Shown here in pieces: positions 8,067-16,690 of a stretch of 64,000 bases of DNA; the first letter of the stretch is position 1; each line of letters starts with the position of its first letter. Under the pieces are notes generated by a model, which saw only the letters and a program-made list of their open reading frames with translations, did not search any database and was not told the origin of the DNA. Made by a program: the position numbers and the translations under genes. This DNA comes from Bacteroidales bacterium. GTDB taxonomy: Bacteria > Bacteroidota > Bacteroidia > Bacteroidales > WCHB1-69. The stretch lies in assembly GCA_045222555.1 (NCBI GenBank), contig JBGUYY010000091.1:11598-75597 (forward strand), written 5' to 3'.

Positions 8067-10124
8067 ATGCAGTTCACGCAACCGCTATTTCTCATCGGCT
8101 ACGCCGCCATCCTGATCCCCATCCTCATCCACCTTTTTAATTTCAGAAGGTACAAGACCTACTATTTCTCTAATGTGAAGATGTTGCAGGATGTGGCGCA
8201 GAAAACCAAACGCGAGTCGCGGGTGAAGCACCTCATCGTGCTGCTGCTGCGCTGTCTCGCCATCATCGCCCTTGTAACGGCTTTCGCCCGTCCCTATTTC
8301 CCCAACCACAATGCCGATCAGAAAAGCGGCAACCTTGTCACCATCTACGTCGATAACTCCTTCTCCATGGAGGGCAACACCCCCGAAGGAACCCTCTTCT
8401 ACGACGGTATCGAGAACGCCCGGCAGATTGTCAGCCACTTCGACTATGCTGACCAGTTCATCCTCTACAACAACGATTTCACCTCGCGTCAGCGCATGAA
8501 ACTCACCAAAGAGGAGGCCTTGCAGGAACTCAACAACTGGAACATCTCTCCCAACAGCCGCACCTGGAAAGAACTCCTTCCTTTTGAGAAAAGTGCCTGC
8601 ACAGAGAGTGCTGATAAAAATATCTTCCATTATTATATTTCTGATTTTCAAAAGAATAACTTTAATTTTAATGAATTTTCGACGGCTGCAGGCAGTGCCT
8701 CCTACCTCATCCACAAGCCGGCGAAGAGTGTCAGCAACGTGTCGATCGACAGCTGCTGGTTCCTGTCGCCGGTGTTCCGCGCCGGTCAGCAGGTAACGCT
8801 TACGGTTCGTTTGCGCAACTGCGGCGAGGGCGAGGTCATCAAGCTGCCCATGAAGCTGCATGTGAATGGCGAACAGAAGGCCATGGCGGCAGTGGACATT
8901 GCAGCGGGCGGCACCGCCGAGTACCAGCTCAACTATACCCTGTCGGACGATGCCGTGCAGTGCGGCACCCTCTCCATCGACGATGCGCCCATCACCTTCG
9001 ACAACAACCTCTACTTCACCTACCGCGTGTCCGACAACACCCGCATCACTGTTATCGACGAGAAAGAACAGAACCGCTATGTGAACGCCCTCTACGGCAA
9101 AGACTCCATCTTCGAATACAGCGCCATGCCCGCCAGCCGCATCAACTACAGTGCCTTCTCTGGCAGCGCGGTGGTAGTGCTCGACGAGGTGAAATCGATT
9201 TCGTCGGGGTTGGCCGACGAGCTGTCGAAGTACCTGAACAGCGGCGGCACCGTATTGGTGCTTCCCGCGGAGGAGATGGAGGCCGCCTCATGGAACAGTT
9301 TCCTGTCGGGTATCGGGGCCAGCCAGTACGGTAGCCTCGTGCAGCAGGAGCTGAAGGTGGGCAGCATCAACTACGAAAGCATCTACTTCAAAGGCAGTCT
9401 CGACCAGAGCGATGAGCGCATCGACATGCCCACCTCCACGCAGCATTTCACCTTCAGCGACTTCCACACCGACGAGACGGTGATGTCCTTGGAGAACCAA
9501 GCTCCGCTGCTGACCGTGAACAAGGTGGGCAACGGCCGCATCATCCTGTCGGCAGTGGCCATGAACGACCGCTTCGGCAATGTTCACAAGCACGCGCTCT
9601 TCTTTATCCCGCTGCACAACATCGGCATCCGCACGCTGATGCAGCAGAAACTGTACAATACCATTGGCCGTGACCACTCGCAGAGCGTGGCCAAGCAGGT
9701 GGAAAGTTCCGAAAATGTGCTGTCGCTGAAGTCTCAGAAGGGCGGTCAGGAAATCATTCCCGAACAGAAAAACCTCGGCGGCGAAACCATGCTCTTCTTC
9801 AACGACCAGCTGTCGGAGGCGGGCATCTACGATGTGCTGCACGATGGCGCGAAGCAGGATGCGGTTGCCTTCAACTACGACAGGAAGGAGTCGCACCTTA
9901 CCTATCATACCGATAAAGAGTTGCGCGATGCGGTAGCCGCCCAGCCCAAGGAGAGCCATGTGCAACTCATCACCGGTGACTCGCAGGACATCAGCGGTCA
10001 GATTGTGGAAACCATACATGGCAAGCCGTTGTGGTTCTACTTTATCCTTATTGCCTTGGGGTGCCTGCTGGCGGAGGTGGCTATCCTCAGGTTGTGGAGG
10101 CACCGCGAAAAAACTCAAGTTTGA
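8067..10124 (+). CDS. BatA_N (N-terminal double-transmembrane domain) membrane protein
   Basis: MQFTQPLFLIGYAAILIPILIHLFNFRRYK is the typical aerotolerance-regulator N-terminal motif. There is an additional C-terminal TM helix. Confidence 0.7.
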   Translation: MQFTQPLFLIGYAAILIPILIHLFNFRRYKTYYFSNVKMLQDVAQKTKRESRVKHLIVLLLRCLAIIALVTAFARPYFPNHNADQKSGNLVTIYVDNSFSMEGNTPEGTLFYDGIENARQIVSHFDYADQFILYNNDFTSRQRMKLTKEEALQELNNWNISPNSRTWKELLPFEKSACTESADKNIFHYYISDFQKNNFNFNEFSTAAGSASYLIHKPAKSVSNVSIDSCWFLSPVFRAGQQVTLTVRLRNCGEGEVIKLPMKLHVNGEQKAMAAVDIAAGGTAEYQLNYTLSDDAVQCGTLSIDDAPITFDNNLYFTYRVSDNTRITVIDEKEQNRYVNALYGKDSIFEYSAMPASRINYSAFSGSAVVVLDEVKSISSGLADELSKYLNSGGTVLVLPAEEMEAASWNSFLSGIGASQYGSLVQQELKVGSINYESIYFKGSLDQSDERIDMPTSTQHFTFSDFHTDETVMSLENQAPLLTVNKVGNGRIILSAVAMNDRFGNVHKHALFFIPLHNIGIRTLMQQKLYNTIGRDHSQSVAKQVESSENVLSLKSQKGGQEIIPEQKNLGGETMLFFNDQLSEAGIYDVLHDGAKQDAVAFNYDRKESHLTYHTDKELRDAVAAQPKESHVQLITGDSQDISGQIVETIHGKPLWFYFILIALGCLLAEVAILRLWRHREKTQV

Positions 10125-10146
10125 AATCACTTTAAAATAATATAGT

Positions 10147-11604
10147 ATGAAAATGACAGATTTAGAACCCAAAGCGATTTTTCATTATTTCAATGAAATC
10201 TGCAAAGTGCCCCGTCCCTCCAAGAAAGAGGAGAAGATGACGGAATGGCTGCTGAAAACCGGCAAGGAGCTTGGCTTGGAAAGTAAACGCGACAAAGCTG
10301 GCAACGTGCTGATTTCCAAACCCGCCACCAAGGGCAAAGAGAATGTCACCCCCGTGATTTTCCAAGCCCACATGGATATGGTGTGCGAAAAGAACAATGA
10401 CACGAAGTTCGACTTCGAGAAAGATGCCATTCAGGCCTATGTCGATGGCGAATGGCTGAAGGCTAAAGGTACCACCCTCGGCGCTGACGATGGTATCGGT
10501 ATCGCCATTGCCCTCGCATTCCTCGCAGACAAGAAAATCAAACACGGTCCCATCGAATGCCTCTTTACCGTGGATGAAGAGACCGGCCTCACCGGCGCTT
10601 TCGCCCTGAAACCGGGCTTCATGACCGGCAAGATTCTCCTCAACCTCGACTCTGAGGACTGGGGCGAGATCTTCATCGGCTGTGCTGGTGGTAAGGACAC
10701 CGTGGCCACTTACGAGTGCGAGTATGAAGACCAGATTCCCGAAGACTCTGTCGCTTATAAAGTGACTGTTGGTGGTCTGCTGGGCGGCCATTCCGGTGAC
10801 GACATCAACAAGAACCGCGGTAATGCGGTGAAGCTGCTCAACCGCATTTTGTGGAATGCCTATCAGGAATACGATGCCCGTATCGCCGACATCAACGCTG
10901 GCAACCTGCGCAACGCCATCGCCCGCGAAGGCTGGGCCATCGTCACGATGCCGAAGGGCAAAGCTGCCGCTTTTCGCAAGTATGTCGCCAAGGCCGATGC
11001 TGACTTCAAGAACGAGTTCCATACCAGCGACCCTGGCGTGTATGCCGAGTGCAAGAAGATGACCAAGTTGCCGGAACGTATCCTCAACGAGATGTTGCAG
11101 ATCGACGTGATGAACGCCTTGTATGCCTGTCCTCACGGCGTGCTGGCCATGTCGCAGGACATCCCCGGCTTCGTGGAGACCTCCACGAACCTCGCTTCTG
11201 TGAAGCTGATCGACGACAAGATCGTCATCACCACCAGCCAGCGCAGCTCGGTGGAGAGCCGCAAACAGGATGCTTGCGACCATGTGTCATGCGCCTTCTA
11301 CGCCACCGCCGCCGACGATGTGGCGCAGGGTGATGGCTATCCGGGCTGGAATCCCAATCCCAACTCACAGGCTCTCAAATTGTTAGTGAAGGCTTACAAG
11401 AATATCTTCCACGAGGATCCTGCCGTCAAGGCCATCCATGCCGGCCTCGAATGCGGTCTCTTCTCCGAAAAATATCCTGAACTCGATATGGTATCCTTCG
11501 GACCCACTCTGCGCGGCGTTCACTCTCCGGACGAAAAGTTGGAGATTGCCACCGTACAGAAATGCTGGGACCTCATCCTCGAGTTCTTCCGTCTTCTGAA
11601 ATAA
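10147..11604 (+). CDS. pepD: Aminoacyl-histidine (Xaa-His) dipeptidase, M20 family
   Basis: Full-length colinear with PepD: LEPKAIFHYFNEICKVPRPSKKEE, FQAHMDMV, TTLGADDGIG. Confidence 0.9.
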   Translation: MKMTDLEPKAIFHYFNEICKVPRPSKKEEKMTEWLLKTGKELGLESKRDKAGNVLISKPATKGKENVTPVIFQAHMDMVCEKNNDTKFDFEKDAIQAYVDGEWLKAKGTTLGADDGIGIAIALAFLADKKIKHGPIECLFTVDEETGLTGAFALKPGFMTGKILLNLDSEDWGEIFIGCAGGKDTVATYECEYEDQIPEDSVAYKVTVGGLLGGHSGDDINKNRGNAVKLLNRILWNAYQEYDARIADINAGNLRNAIAREGWAIVTMPKGKAAAFRKYVAKADADFKNEFHTSDPGVYAECKKMTKLPERILNEMLQIDVMNALYACPHGVLAMSQDIPGFVETSTNLASVKLIDDKIVITTSQRSSVESRKQDACDHVSCAFYATAADDVAQGDGYPGWNPNPNSQALKLLVKAYKNIFHEDPAVKAIHAGLECGLFSEKYPELDMVSFGPTLRGVHSPDEKLEIATVQKCWDLILEFFRLLK

Positions 11605-11676
11605 TCTATTTCTAATCCGAGGAGGATTTGCCACAGCAAATCCTCCTCTTTTCATCTTTTCATCCATTAATCTTTC

Positions 11677-12825
11677 ATGAAACACACCCTCTTCCTCCTT
11701 TTCCTCCTTCCCTCCCTGCTTTTCGCACAAGTTTATCCCCAAAACAAACCTAATAAGAATCTCAGTGAACTGAGTGTCAGTGAATTGAATGAGCTTTTCG
11801 ACGAAGCCAATCTCGCTCACAAGACCAAGGCCGTGCAGGCGCATGCCGATACAATGTGCAAAAAACTCAACGGCACGCTGCTCATCGCGCAGAACGACGT
11901 GGTGTTGGCCCACAAAGCGGCAGGTTACAAGGTGCTGGACAAGAAAGACCAGCCCCTCTCCGAAAATACCTGTTTCGAGCTGGCCTCTGTCTCCAAGGAG
12001 TTCACCGCCGCCGCCGTACTGCTGCTAGTGCAGGAGGGGAAAGTCAGCCTCAACGACTATCTGGGAAAATATTTTCCTGGTTTGCCCTATTCGGGCATCA
12101 CGGTACACAACTTGCTGTGCCATACTTCCGGTCTGCCGGAGTACTTCAACTTCAAGGAGTCGTGGTGGCCGCAGGGACGGCTCACCAAGAACCAGGACGT
12201 GGTGGATGTTCTCATCAAATACCAACCCAAAAGAATCTTTGTCCCGGGAACCAGCTACAAATACACCAACACCAATTACGCCTTGCTGGCACTGATTGTG
12301 GAGCAGGCTTCGGGCAAGAAATTCGAGGATTTTGTCAGAGAGAACATTTTCGAGCCGGCAGGCATGACCTCCTCTTTCTACATCACCGAGCGGGCTTCCA
12401 AGATTGGCTATAGCATCGCCACGGGTCATAAAGCCGACCGTATTCCGCAGGTTATCAAAGGGTTGGATGGTACTTTCGGCGATAAGGGAATGTACTCCAC
12501 CATCCACGATTTGTTTGCATGGAAGAAAGCCTACTTCACCAACTATACCATTCTCCCCAAGGAGGTGGTGGAGATGGCCACCACGGCACAAAACCAACTC
12601 AAAGGTAGCGGTAAGCCTTCCGAGGACTATGGCTACGGCTGGCATTTGGAGGAAAATCCCTATTATGGTCACATCATCTATCATGGCGGGTTGTGGCATG
12701 GCTTCAACCATGTGCTGCTCTACTATCCTGAAAGAGATATTTTCATGGTTTTCCTTAGCAACTATTGCAATCGTGGGCATCGCGGACATACCGCCAATGT
12801 GCTGCATATCCTTTGTGGAGCATAG
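11677..12825 (+). CDS. Serine hydrolase, beta-lactamase-related (class C-like)
   Basis: Signal peptide present. SxxK motif ASVSKEF, a YxN-like YTNTNY, and a C-terminal HGG. Confidence 0.8.
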   Translation: MKHTLFLLFLLPSLLFAQVYPQNKPNKNLSELSVSELNELFDEANLAHKTKAVQAHADTMCKKLNGTLLIAQNDVVLAHKAAGYKVLDKKDQPLSENTCFELASVSKEFTAAAVLLLVQEGKVSLNDYLGKYFPGLPYSGITVHNLLCHTSGLPEYFNFKESWWPQGRLTKNQDVVDVLIKYQPKRIFVPGTSYKYTNTNYALLALIVEQASGKKFEDFVRENIFEPAGMTSSFYITERASKIGYSIATGHKADRIPQVIKGLDGTFGDKGMYSTIHDLFAWKKAYFTNYTILPKEVVEMATTAQNQLKGSGKPSEDYGYGWHLEENPYYGHIIYHGGLWHGFNHVLLYYPERDIFMVFLSNYCNRGHRGHTANVLHILCGA

Positions 12826-12963
12826 TCCTTAACTTCTCTGTTCCTACAACTGTTTTATACCCAATCTTTTAAAAATTGAAAAAATTTTTTCTCAATTGGT
12901 TGAGGGTATGATTTTTTTTTCTAATTTTGCACACTTGTAAATAGAATAAAACCGTTTTCAGAT

Positions 12964-13665
12964 ATGAGCGAGAAAAAATCATCTAAAGTTGACCTTGAAT
13001 CCAGGTTAGTCAACTTCTTTCTGTTGGGTTGCGCCATTGGTCTGACCCTCTCATTGCTGGCACTTGATATTTGGGCCAGCGTGAAAACTTCCACTGGTGC
13101 CTCTCTTGCTACCGAGGCAGAACCTGCCGTGGAAGACTTGCAGATGCCGAATACCGACATTGAAACTCCTCCGCCACCAGAACCGGAACAGGCTCCTGAG
13201 CAGGAAGAGGTTGTGGAACAGATTCTGAAGGAAACCCAGGAGGAAGTGGCCACCAACTTCGAGTTCAGTATGGAAGCTGATGATGAAACTTCCATTGAAG
13301 CAGATGACGAGGATATTGATACGGGTACTGAAATCGTTGAGATTGAGGAACCTATTGAACGTGTACCTCAGGTGCGTGCTGAGTTCCCCGGCGGTATGGG
13401 TGAATTGAGAAAGTATCTTGCTGAAAACTGCCAGTATCCTGAATCCGCCCGTCAAGCCGGATGGCAGGGTGTGGTCATGCTGGAATTTGTGGTTGAAAAG
13501 GATGGTAGCATCAAGCAAGTCAACGTGTTGAGAAGCGTTTGCCAAGCTCTTGACGAAGAGGCTATCCGCGTGGTGAAAGGTATGCCGAAGTGGAAAGCCG
13601 GTGAGAACAACGGTCAGAAGTGCCGCTCCTTCTTCCAGCTCCCCATCACCTTCTCGCTGCAATAG
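12964..13665 (+). CDS. TonB family energy transducer
   Basis: N-terminal TM helix, a Pro/Glu-rich linker (PPPPEPEQAPEQEE), and a TonB C-terminal domain AEFPGGMGELRKYL...GWQGVVMLEFVVEKDGS. Confidence 0.8.
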   Translation: MSEKKSSKVDLESRLVNFFLLGCAIGLTLSLLALDIWASVKTSTGASLATEAEPAVEDLQMPNTDIETPPPPEPEQAPEQEEVVEQILKETQEEVATNFEFSMEADDETSIEADDEDIDTGTEIVEIEEPIERVPQVRAEFPGGMGELRKYLAENCQYPESARQAGWQGVVMLEFVVEKDGSIKQVNVLRSVCQALDEEAIRVVKGMPKWKAGENNGQKCRSFFQLPITFSLQ

Positions 13666-13682
13666 TCTTTTTGCATAACAAT

Positions 13683-13718
13683 AAAAAAGCCCTGTAATTG
13701 ATTACGGGGCTTTTTTTT
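13683..13718. terminator. Bidirectional hairpin terminator between convergent genes
   Basis: Stem AAGCCCTGTAAT / ATTACGGGGCTT, flanked by an A-run and a T-run. Confidence 0.7.
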
Positions 13719-13748
13719 ATGTCTTTTTTTTAATGAATAATGTTCTGA

Positions 13749-14366
13749 TTAGAACCCCCACATATCATTGATGGCCATGTCATCGCTGTAGAAGTCGAGG
13801 ATATCGTAATCCACTTCGTCGAGGTCATTCTCATCAAGATTCTCCGTGATGAACTGGTCGGTGACGGGATCTGCCACGGGTTGTGCTTGGGCGGTGTACT
13901 GTGTTTTTTTCGCTGGTTCGGCAGGCGTGTCGGTATAGGCCAGCGCTTTGTCGAGGTTGAGCGTGTTTTGCGGGGCTTCAACGGGGGCGGGGTGAGTGCC
14001 TTTCACATGGGCCACCTTGCCACCAGACAGCTCTTCCGGATTTTGAAGCATGTTGAAAACATAGATGCCTGTACCCATCAGCAAACCTGCGCATGCGGCC
14101 ACGGAGGCGATACGCACCCAGCGGCGTTGCAGGAACAGCTTTTTGCTGGGTTCAGCGGCCACTTTCGCCATTACGGCATCCGGCAGTTGTGCAAAATAAT
14201 TCTCAGGAACGGGATATCCCTCGTTGGTGCGGTGCGCCTCTAAAAGGGCCTGCATCTGAGCATCCTCTTCAGCAATGCGCGCCAACACCTGGTCGGGCAG
14301 GCTATCGAAATAGCCCTCCGGCGTAGGAGCCTGACGATTCTTGTATTGGTCTAATATCTCTTCCAT
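13749..14366 (-). CDS. Single-pass membrane protein with a duplicated cytoplasmic PE-x-YF-xx-LPD-x-V motif and an acidic C-terminal tail; last gene of the HydS-like module
   Basis: ATG at 14366 (MEEILDQ...). The ORF-track start at 14456 is a GTG abutting the upstream stop and encodes an implausible leader. The two repeats are PEGYFDSLPDQVLARI and PENYFAQLPDAVMAKV. TM helix WVRIASVAACAGLLMGTGIYVF. Confidence 0.55.
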   Translation of the reverse strand: MEEILDQYKNRQAPTPEGYFDSLPDQVLARIAEEDAQMQALLEAHRTNEGYPVPENYFAQLPDAVMAKVAAEPSKKLFLQRRWVRIASVAACAGLLMGTGIYVFNMLQNPEELSGGKVAHVKGTHPAPVEAPQNTLNLDKALAYTDTPAEPAKKTQYTAQAQPVADPVTDQFITENLDENDLDEVDYDILDFYSDDMAINDMWGF

Positions 14367-14452
14367 TGAATTTTCGGGAAACGCTCTCTTGACGTGTAAG
14401 TTGCGGGAAAGTTTAAACGGATTTGAAAATTTTTTGAAAAATAAATAAAAAA

Positions 14453-15823
14453 TCACTCCAAGTCCAGATGCTTGATGGAATCCTTATCGACTTTGACCTC
14501 GCCCCACACCTTCTTGGTGATTTTGAGGGCTTCGGCAGTGGTGAGCTTGTCGGTCTGTTCGAGGATGCGCTGCACGAAGATGCATTGGCGGATGTCAGCC
14601 TGGTTGTTGACCACGGCTTCGGCGAGGGCCTTGCAGGTCTGGTAGCCACAGATACGGCAGTCCACCTTGGGCAGGTCGTTGGTGATTTCGAACACTTTCT
14701 TCATCTTGCGCATGGCGATGGAGATATTGTCGTCGAGTTTGTCCATGGAGCGGGGCTGTACTTCGCCCACAGCCAGGTTTTCCTTGAGGTAGTCTTTGTA
14801 GTTGAGGATGTTATTCTCTTGCGGGGTGACAGTTTTCGGACGCTGTTTGGCGCGTTTGCGCTGCCGTTCGGCGATGAGGAAGCGGTTGCCGGCGCACAGG
14901 ATGCCGCCCGCGCAGCTCTCGTCGCAGGCGCGCAGTTCGAGGAAGTCGATGCTGTCGAGGTCTTCGTTCTCTAGCTTGTCGAGAAAGGCCGACACGTTGT
15001 GTACCTCGTCGATAGCGAGGTTGCGGCCTACGGGGATGTCTTTGATCTCGCCGCCGGTGAGTGACCACAAGATGCTGTTTTTGGAGAGGGGATGGAAGTC
15101 AAACTCATCTTCCCTCAGGGTATAAACGCCCTGCTTGATAACACGGAACACCTTGTTGTACAGGTAGTTCATGTTGATAACACCATCAATGTTGGATTTT
15201 TCCTCTCCGACGGGGCTTTTCACAGCGGCGATCTTGGCGGCGCAGGGAGCCACGTAGAAGATGCCGATATCTTCGGGTGCGACACCGCGTTCCACGAGCA
15301 CCTCGCGGATATACAGGGCGGTGACATCCAACGGGGGTTTTGTAAGCAGCAGGTTGTCCACCAGGGAGGGGTATTTTACTTGGATGAGGCGCACGATGGC
15401 GGGACAGAAGGTAGAGATGATGGGCTTTTCTGCCGATTCGTCTTTTACTTTGTCATTGATGACCTCTTTCAACACATCCACGCTCTTCTCCACCTCATAC
15501 ACGAACTTGAAGCCGAGGTGGTAGATGGCGGAGAGGATGGCGCGTTGGCTCACCTTTTCCGGAAACTGCGCGCTGAAGATGGAGGGCACCAGCAGCACGG
15601 GGCATTTGAAGTTGTAGATGGTTTCGAAGTCGTCCTGCTCGATATAGATGGCATTCATGGGGCAGGTCTGGTAGCACATGCCGCAGTCGATGCAGCGGTT
15701 GGCATCGAGAATGGGATGGCCGTCCTCCACATGGATGGCACAGGTGGGGCACACGCTGGTGCAGTGCGAGCAGCCGATGCAGAGGTCGTATTTGAACTTG
15801 AGGGCGTGGTGAATGTGTTCCAT
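14453..15823 (-). CDS. [FeFe]-hydrogenase-like Fe-S protein: 2x[4Fe-4S] ferredoxin, Fe_hyd_lg_C-like domain and a C-terminal Cys cluster; putative sensory HydS-type
   Basis: Ferredoxin motifs CIGCSHCTSVCP and CIDCGMCYQTCP. H-cluster-like motifs STFCPAI, APCAAK and ELRACDESCAGG. C-terminal CRICGYQTC...C. Confidence 0.8.
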   Translation of the reverse strand: MEHIHHALKFKYDLCIGCSHCTSVCPTCAIHVEDGHPILDANRCIDCGMCYQTCPMNAIYIEQDDFETIYNFKCPVLLVPSIFSAQFPEKVSQRAILSAIYHLGFKFVYEVEKSVDVLKEVINDKVKDESAEKPIISTFCPAIVRLIQVKYPSLVDNLLLTKPPLDVTALYIREVLVERGVAPEDIGIFYVAPCAAKIAAVKSPVGEEKSNIDGVINMNYLYNKVFRVIKQGVYTLREDEFDFHPLSKNSILWSLTGGEIKDIPVGRNLAIDEVHNVSAFLDKLENEDLDSIDFLELRACDESCAGGILCAGNRFLIAERQRKRAKQRPKTVTPQENNILNYKDYLKENLAVGEVQPRSMDKLDDNISIAMRKMKKVFEITNDLPKVDCRICGYQTCKALAEAVVNNQADIRQCIFVQRILEQTDKLTTAEALKITKKVWGEVKVDKDSIKHLDLE

Positions 15824-15829
15824 GGTGGG

Positions 15830-16240
15830 TTAGAAATAGTTGACGATTTCCACGGTGGTGCCTTTGCCCACCACCGAGTTGACGGTGAGCTTGTCGGAAT
15901 TGCTCTGCATGTTGGGCAGACCCATGCCAGCACCGAAGCCCATCTCGCGCACTTCGGGCGAGGCGGTGGAGTAGCCCTTCTGCATGGCCTGGTTGATGTC
16001 GGGGATGCCGGGACCTTCATCCACCAGCTTGATGCTGACGCTGGTGTCTTCCAGATCCACATAGATAACCCCCCGGTAGGCGTGGGCCACAATGTTGACT
16101 TCGGCCTCATAGAGGGCCACCACGGTACGTTTCACAATCGCCGGGTCCACACCCAGCTGTTTCATCATCTTCTTCACTTTACTGGAGGTGGTGCCTGCAT
16201 TGGTGAAATCGCCACCTTCCACATTATATTCAAAATGCAT
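15830..16240 (-). CDS. GHKL/HATPase_c_2 ATP-binding protein (anti-sigma-factor-type Ser/Thr kinase-like)
   Basis: N-box EAEVNIVAHAY, G1 VDEGPGIPD, G2 GFGAGMGLPNM. Confidence 0.8.
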   Translation of the reverse strand: MHFEYNVEGGDFTNAGTTSSKVKKMMKQLGVDPAIVKRTVVALYEAEVNIVAHAYRGVIYVDLEDTSVSIKLVDEGPGIPDINQAMQKGYSTASPEVREMGFGAGMGLPNMQSNSDKLTVNSVVGKGTTVEIVNYF

Positions 16241-16252
16241 AATCTCTAATTT

Positions 16253-16600
16253 TTAATAAACCCCTGGAAGCCCTGCATTGAAAAGGGTTCCCGAAGTGCG
16301 GTACAAGGAAAGGTCTGTGGTGATGAGCAGCATGTCGTTGTCTTCGGCCAGCTCTTTCATCTCCTCAGTGACTTTTTTGCCACGGACGAACAACACCACT
16401 TTGATGTCAGACATCTCACACGTTCTGATGGTCTGCGTGTTGCAAAGACCGGTAATCAGCATTACTGATTTTTCGGTGCGCAGCGTCAGTACGTCGCTCA
16501 TCAGGTCCGAGGCGAAGGCGCAGTCAATTTCCCTGTCGCAGAACGCCTCGCCCTCTACGACAGTACCTGAAATTAGGGATGTGATTTCTTGTATTTTCAT
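16253..16600 (-). CDS. DRTGG-domain-like protein
   Basis: ATG at 16600 (MKIQEITS...). The longer TTG start at 16645 overlaps the -7 box. The pattern ASDLMSDVL...ITGLCNTQTIRT...VRGKK resembles the small DRTGG proteins found next to hydrogenase operons in Firmicutes. Confidence 0.65.
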   Translation of the reverse strand: MKIQEITSLISGTVVEGEAFCDREIDCAFASDLMSDVLTLRTEKSVMLITGLCNTQTIRTCEMSDIKVVLFVRGKKVTEEMKELAEDNDMLLITTDLSLYRTSGTLFNAGLPGVY

Positions 16601-16631
16601 GGGAATAATAAAATGGTCATTAAATCGGGTG

Positions 16632-16639
16632 CAAAGATA
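16632..16639 (-). promoter_or_regulatory. -7 box TATCTTTG (minus strand) for the DRTGG/HATPase/HydS-like operon
   Basis: The reverse complement of caaagata matches TAnnTTTG, about 30 nt upstream of the ATG at 16600. Confidence 0.45.
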
Positions 16640-16690
16640 CGACAATTTGTTGAAAGATGGGGAGAAAAATGAAGAGATGGCCGTGTCTTT

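Noticed and set aside
12912-12920. T9 homopolymer between a candidate -33 TTG (12900-12902) and the -7 box (12922-12929) of tonB, considered as a slipped-strand phase-variation switch.
   Set aside because: AT-rich homopolymers are common in these spacers. There is no evidence of length heterogeneity from a single sequence.
15092-16249. 385-aa plus-strand ORF spanning the HydS-like and HATPase genes.
   Set aside because: It has typical GC-driven antisense composition (G/V/D/H-rich). The minus-strand frames contain Fe-S and ATP-binding motifs.
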